Positions 59,241-64,000 of a stretch of 64,000 bases of DNA are shown piece after piece. This DNA comes from Candidatus Latescibacterota bacterium (GTDB taxonomy: Bacteria; Latescibacterota; UBA2968; GCA-2709665). The notes beneath the pieces were generated by a model that did not search any database, was not told the origin of the DNA, and saw only the letters and a program-made list of their open reading frames with translations. The first letter of the stretch is position 1, and each line of letters opens with the position of its first letter. The stretch lies in assembly GCA_963667175.2 (NCBI GenBank), contig CAXXXF010000014.1, positions 1 through 64,000 on the forward strand. Direction: 5' to 3'. Made by a program: the position numbers and the translations under genes.

Positions 59241-61283
59241 TTACGGGTCGGAAGTAAGGAGCGCCGGGCTAGAAACACCCCTCGCGCATCCCAGGAGGGG
59301 TTCGAACGGACCCGTCTGAACCGTACCTTCGGAAAGTCGGTAAAGACGCGACGGGGCATCCCCGGAGATCCCGGGAAACGTCAGGCCGCCGAGATCCGGA
59401 AGTTCGCCGCCTTCGGCGCTAATCAGGGCGTGGATGCCGTCTCCACCGGTCAACGTCCGAACCGTGGCGCCCGGCAGTTCGACGGCTCCAGCATCCTTGC
59501 GCGAAACCCGCTCGCGATAGAGCGCTGAATTCAGGCAGCGCAGTACGTGAAAGACCGGGCGGGGGTTGCAGGACGTGTCCAGGAGCCCGTGAGCCGCGTC
59601 CAGGGTCCGGTCCAGGTCGACAAAGGGATCGAAGTAGACGCGGGTCCCGGGCAACAGGGCGGCGCAAAAGAGCGACTCGGCCGCGGCGTTTGCATTCCGC
59701 GCGTCGTCGCGGGAGGCGAGGGAGACCACAAGGTCCACCGCTTTGACGTGGCTCAGGGCGCCGGGGCCAGGGAGTTCCAGGCCGGTCTTCCACGGTTCGT
59801 TCCCGTCCAGACGGCACACGGCCCGGTCGACGGAGGCGTCGTGTTCGGCCAGGAGCTTGTCCAGGTCGGACAGTTCGGCGGGAAGGTATCCAATCCGGGT
59901 GCGAGGGTGCTGTTTGCCCGGACGGACCTCACCCGGAAGGATAGGCGCCAGAGAGATATGGATGGAATCGTCCTTCCCCATCGCCGCGAGGGCCCCCATG
60001 AGGTCGCCGGAAGGCAGCAGGTCGCCAGGCATCTGGACTTCCCACGCATCGACGGCATCCGCGTGCCGCCGGACGTAACGCAACAGGTCCGCCGCGGAAG
60101 GCGCGGGCAACGTTGCGGTGATCCGCGGACCCTCGTCGCGGAGGACTTCGAGTCTCTCCCTCTGACTGGAATCTTCGAGGTCCGAGGCGGGAAAGCGCAC
60201 GGCGGACGCGCCGAGTTCCACCGCGGCCAGCAGCGGATAGTCGTTCCTGACCCGCTGCCGGACGACGCTCGGAAACGCGATCGGGATATCGGCCCGGTTC
60301 ACGAGAGGATGCAAGAGCGTCAACCCCAGGGGAGAGGCGGGCAACCCGGCCGAAATCCGGGTAAGCAGTCGCTTCGGCCCGTCCGCTGCAGCGTCTTCCA
60401 GGGCGACCGCGCCACCGGTCCGAATGAAGTGCGCGTCTGTACGATCCCGAAAAACGCGGAACAGATGGAAGCCGAGTTTCGGCGCGTCGTCCCTCCCCTG
60501 CTCGGGTGGCGCAGGGCCGGTGAACAGGTGGCTGAAACCTGGGCGCACGAATGAGGTCGAGGGCACGTTGTGGACGCGGGTCGGCCCGATTCGATTCAGG
60601 AACGCAAAATGGACGTGCGCGGCGCAGACCGTGTCGATTCCGTATCTCCCGGTCAGGTCGAGCAACCATTGGCGCGCGGGCTGGCCGATATTGTCGTAGT
60701 TGCCCAGGTGCGGCTCGTCTGGCCGCTCCAGGAAAGGCGGCAGGTGGAGAAAGAGAAAGACGCGGTCCTGCCCATGGGCCTCCAGGTCGCGTTCCAGCCA
60801 GTCGCGCTGGGATACGGATTCAGGCAGTCCGGTGTTGAGAATCTGGGAGTTGATCACGACGAAGTGACAGCCTCGATGGTCGAAGCTGTACCAGGAATCC
60901 CCGAACAGCGCGTGATGCCGCTTGAGGGACCCGGACGTGACGGCCCGGGTGGGCATGGTTGGATCGGGCTTGTCGCCCACGTCGTGGTTGCCGGCAACGT
61001 GGAAGACCTTCACGCCCAGGCGCGTCAGTTGCGCCTGGGCCTCTTCCAATGCCTCCGCATGGCGCCTGGTTTCAGGGTATTCCTGGACCAGGTCCCCCAT
61101 GTGCACAAGGAAGTCCGCGCCCAGAGACGCAGCCTGCCCGAGCGCCGCGTCCGCTCTCGCCGTCTGCTTCCTCCGGGAGTCGAACTCCAGCGTCCGGCCC
61201 CCCGGGTCGAGCATGTAGTGGGTATCCGCCAGAACCACGAATTCGAATTCGGCCGGCGACGTCAGGGATCGATCGAACGTCAT
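59241..61283 (-). CDS. Calcineurin-like metallophosphoesterase with a large unknown C-terminal domain
   Basis: ADTH, MGDLV, GNHD, FLHLPP, AHVH; 4-nt overlap with the ABC-F stop. Confidence 0.85.
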   Translation of the reverse strand: MTFDRSLTSPAEFEFVVLADTHYMLDPGGRTLEFDSRRKQTARADAALGQAASLGADFLVHMGDLVQEYPETRRHAEALEEAQAQLTRLGVKVFHVAGNHDVGDKPDPTMPTRAVTSGSLKRHHALFGDSWYSFDHRGCHFVVINSQILNTGLPESVSQRDWLERDLEAHGQDRVFLFLHLPPFLERPDEPHLGNYDNIGQPARQWLLDLTGRYGIDTVCAAHVHFAFLNRIGPTRVHNVPSTSFVRPGFSHLFTGPAPPEQGRDDAPKLGFHLFRVFRDRTDAHFIRTGGAVALEDAAADGPKRLLTRISAGLPASPLGLTLLHPLVNRADIPIAFPSVVRQRVRNDYPLLAAVELGASAVRFPASDLEDSSQRERLEVLRDEGPRITATLPAPSAADLLRYVRRHADAVDAWEVQMPGDLLPSGDLMGALAAMGKDDSIHISLAPILPGEVRPGKQHPRTRIGYLPAELSDLDKLLAEHDASVDRAVCRLDGNEPWKTGLELPGPGALSHVKAVDLVVSLASRDDARNANAAAESLFCAALLPGTRVYFDPFVDLDRTLDAAHGLLDTSCNPRPVFHVLRCLNSALYRERVSRKDAGAVELPGATVRTLTGGDGIHALISAEGGELPDLGGLTFPGISGDAPSRLYRLSEGTVQTGPFEPLLGCARGVSSPALLTSDP

Positions 61284-63178
61284 ACACCGCCCTTCGCATC
61301 CGTGGTTTCAAGCGTTTCCCACGCCGCGATGCATTCCTCGATCCTGGCCTGGACGCGCCGGCGTTCCTCGGAGACCGACTGGAGGTGCTCCCAATCCGAC
61401 GCCCGGTCGTCCAGCACAAGCTGCCCGTTCAGGCGTTCGAGTTCCGCCTCGAGAACCTGGATCTCCTTCTCGATGGCCTCCAGACGCCGCTGACGCCCCT
61501 CCTGCGCCCTGCGGTCGGCCCGTTTCCGTTCGTAAAGGTCCTTTTGGGATGAATTCCCGCGTGAGCGCGGCTTTTGCGAATCCTTACGCGTCCTCCGCCG
61601 GCGCTGCCAGGCGTCGTAGTTGCCCTCGACAATCTCCCACGTCCCGTTCCCGAGCACGAGCAGTCTGTCCACCAGCAGGTTCAGAAAGTAGCGATCGTGC
61701 GAAACGGCGATGAGGGTTCCGTCGTAGGTCATCAGGGCGGCCTCAAGCACATCCCTGGATGGAATATCCAGGTGATTGGTGGGTTCGTCCAGAACCAGGA
61801 GGTTGGTTTCGGACCTCATCAGTCTGGCCAGAGCCACCCTGCTTTTCTCTCCGCCGCTGAGGTTGCTGATCTTGCGCTCGACGTCGTCGCCCGAGAAGAG
61901 AAATGCGCCCAGCACACTGCGGATTTCTCCCACCGGCGCGTCAGGCGTGACCGCCCAGATTTCCTCCTGCAGCGTGTGTCCGGGGATGAGTTCATCCCGA
62001 TGCTGGTCGTAGTAACCCACCCGAATGTTCGAGCCGGTTTTGACGGTCCCGCTATCGGTCGCGACGCGTCCCGCGAGCACCTTCAGCAGGGTTGACTTGC
62101 CCGACCCATTCGGTCCGATAATCCCCAGCCGGTCGCCGCGGCGGACGAGCAGATCCAGGTCCCGGAACAGGACCTTGTCGCCGTAGGCCTTCGATGCCCG
62201 CTCGAGTTCCGCAACCCGGTTGCCGCCTCTCTCGGCGGCAGTGAAGCTCAGGCGGAACGCCTTCTCCCCCCCGGGGCGCTCGTGTCTGTCCAGTTTTTCC
62301 AGGGCTTTTCTGCGGCTCTGCGCCTGTTTCGTCTTTTGACCCGCGATGTTCCGTCTGATAAAGTCTTCGGTCTTCTGGATGGTTTCCCGCTGCCGCTCGT
62401 AGGTCTTCCGACGCCGCGCCAGACGCTCCTCCCTTTCGGCGGCATAGAAAGTGTAATTGCCAGCGTACCCGGCCAGGACGCCGTTTTCAAGTTCCACGAT
62501 CCGATCGATGGTGCGGTCCAGAAAATACCGGTCATGGGAGACGACCACGAAGGCGCCTTCGAAGGCGGGCAGGAATCCTTCCAGCCACTCGATGGCCACC
62601 AGGTCCAGGTGATTGGTGGGTTCGTCGAGCAGAAGCAGATCGGGTTCGCGAACAAGCAGGCGGGCAAGCGCCAGGCGGTTTTTCTGGCCCCCGCTCAACA
62701 GGTTTACAGGGGTTTCGAAATCCTTCCGACCGAAACCCAACCCGTGCAGGATGGCCTTTGCTCGGCCTTCAATCTCATAGCCGCCCCGGTCTTCGTAGGC
62801 GTGTTGCAGGCGCCCGTATTCTTCCAGCATCGCTGTCTGATTCGCGCCTTCAGTCAGCCGTTCTTCCAGAACGGCCATCCGGCGGTGCATGTCCAGCAGG
62901 TCTGAAAACGCGTCCAGTACCGTGTCCAGCACGACCGATCCGTCGTTCAGCTGCGGGTCCTGCGCCAGATATCCGACGTTCAGATTCCGTTTCGTGTATA
63001 TCCGCCCGCTGTCCGGTTGCAGGCGGCCGGTGATGAGGTGGAAGAGCGTCGTCTTCCCGCATCCGTTGCGCCCGACCAGGCCAAAGCGGCCGCCCGCTTC
63101 GATTTTCCACGTGAGCCCGGTCAGCACAGGATTGGCCCCGTAGGACTTGTGGACGTTTTCGAGTTGAACCAGCGGCAT
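61280..63178 (-). CDS. ABC-F family ATPase (YdiF/Uup-like)
   Basis: Two NBDs (GRNGCGKT, GPNGSGKS; LSGGQ, LSGGE; DEPTNHLD twice), no TM, C-terminal coiled coil. Confidence 0.95.
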   Translation of the reverse strand: MPLVQLENVHKSYGANPVLTGLTWKIEAGGRFGLVGRNGCGKTTLFHLITGRLQPDSGRIYTKRNLNVGYLAQDPQLNDGSVVLDTVLDAFSDLLDMHRRMAVLEERLTEGANQTAMLEEYGRLQHAYEDRGGYEIEGRAKAILHGLGFGRKDFETPVNLLSGGQKNRLALARLLVREPDLLLLDEPTNHLDLVAIEWLEGFLPAFEGAFVVVSHDRYFLDRTIDRIVELENGVLAGYAGNYTFYAAEREERLARRRKTYERQRETIQKTEDFIRRNIAGQKTKQAQSRRKALEKLDRHERPGGEKAFRLSFTAAERGGNRVAELERASKAYGDKVLFRDLDLLVRRGDRLGIIGPNGSGKSTLLKVLAGRVATDSGTVKTGSNIRVGYYDQHRDELIPGHTLQEEIWAVTPDAPVGEIRSVLGAFLFSGDDVERKISNLSGGEKSRVALARLMRSETNLLVLDEPTNHLDIPSRDVLEAALMTYDGTLIAVSHDRYFLNLLVDRLLVLGNGTWEIVEGNYDAWQRRRRTRKDSQKPRSRGNSSQKDLYERKRADRRAQEGRQRRLEAIEKEIQVLEAELERLNGQLVLDDRASDWEHLQSVSEERRRVQARIEECIAAWETLETTDAKGGV

Positions 63179-63361
63179 TTACGTATTTCTCCACAGGCCG
63201 GCCGTTCCCGACGGGACGAAGGCGCCGCCGCTCGGGTACGATGGATACGCGATTCGACCGCAATACGTACGGACGCGGAAACTGCTGAAGCGTGGCGGAG
63301 ATTCCGGAACGAGGCGAGCGGGACAGGGCACGAAACGTGACGTGAGGGCGAGGAATGACGT

Positions 63362-64000
63362 TCAGGCGACTTCGGGCTTCTGTTCGATGATTTCCACCTG
63401 GTCTTCGGGACTGTAGAAGTATGCGCCGGGGCGCCAGTCACTGCCCAGGTCCCCCAGCAGACGGCGTTGCCGAGGCGTACACTTCGACAGAACTTCAGGT
63501 GAGTGGCCGTTAAAGTCAAACGTCCGGAAACACTGCTGGCTGTAGCAGTAGATGAGGGTCTTCCGGGACCGTCCGGAAAGGTTGGGGGAAACGCCGTGCC
63601 AGAGCGCGTGAGAAAAGACCGCCGCGTCTCCGGCGTCAGCGCATAGCTGCACCGCGCCGGGAGTCCGGGCCGTAATGGGCGCTTCTCCCTCCGGGTAGGG
63701 TCTCAGGTGGCTGCCGGGGAAAATGGTAAAGTTGCCGCGGTCGGGCTTTCTGACGTCCGTGAGAAAATACTGAATCTTGATCTGAAGCGGCCAGCTTGTC
63801 TCGGTAACCCGGATGTGGCGGAGGGCCTGGCCGCCGTCGGTGTGGATAAAGCCCTTGTAGCCCGGGTTTGGCGGTCGCACAACGGCCTCGGCCATGCTCA
63901 ACTGGATGTACGGACCCATCAGTTCCAGAAAAGTGTCAAACGCGCCGGGATGGTCCATGAGATGGATAAACGCGTCGCTGTCCGGGAGTATATTTCTCCG
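63362..64000 (-). CDS. Phytanoyl-CoA dioxygenase (PhyH) family protein, 5'-truncated by the window
   Basis: HTD, PGSH, AGDAAVF, LWHG; frame open to the window edge. Confidence 0.85.
   Translation of the reverse strand, partial: RRNILPDSDAFIHLMDHPGAFDTFLELMGPYIQLSMAEAVVRPPNPGYKGFIHTDGGQALRHIRVTETSWPLQIKIQYFLTDVRKPDRGNFTIFPGSHLRPYPEGEAPITARTPGAVQLCADAGDAAVFSHALWHGVSPNLSGRSRKTLIYCYSQQCFRTFDFNGHSPEVLSKCTPRQRRLLGDLGSDWRPGAYFYSPEDQVEIIEQKPEVA

Overview
GC-rich bacterial chromosomal window with no rRNA, CRISPR array, integrase or transposase. The gene mix (PhyH dioxygenases, NHL/ankyrin/TPR proteins, Asp-box protein, sulfotransferase, dockerin-like EF-hand protein) suggests a Latescibacterota/Gemmatimonadota-like, possibly sponge-associated lineage; this is inference only. 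Core content: pfp-gap-pgk-tpiA-secG-tRNA-Leu(GAG), radC, comF, mdh, a TetR-regulated tripartite RND pump, a BlaI/M56/TonB locus and many small-molecule catabolic enzymes. Most notable uncharacterised items: (1) a HAD phosphatase fused to a YvcK/CofD domain and coupled to a second HAD; (2) an envelope operon (COG3014-like lipoprotein, orphan secreted protein, LpoB-like lipoprotein, beta-barrel) behind a consensus sigma54 promoter; (3) a 70-aa antitoxin-like protein ending in a sulfatase-type RLxxLGYL tail, directly upstream of a sulfotransferase; (4) a MITE family abutting TAG triplets, with nested CCTGCC..GGCAGG palindromes; (5) a lower-GC orphan islet beginning with an HNH nuclease. The first ~1.5 kb is heavily frameshifted, probably sequencing error. 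All product calls come from motif recognition by eye; no database searches were run.
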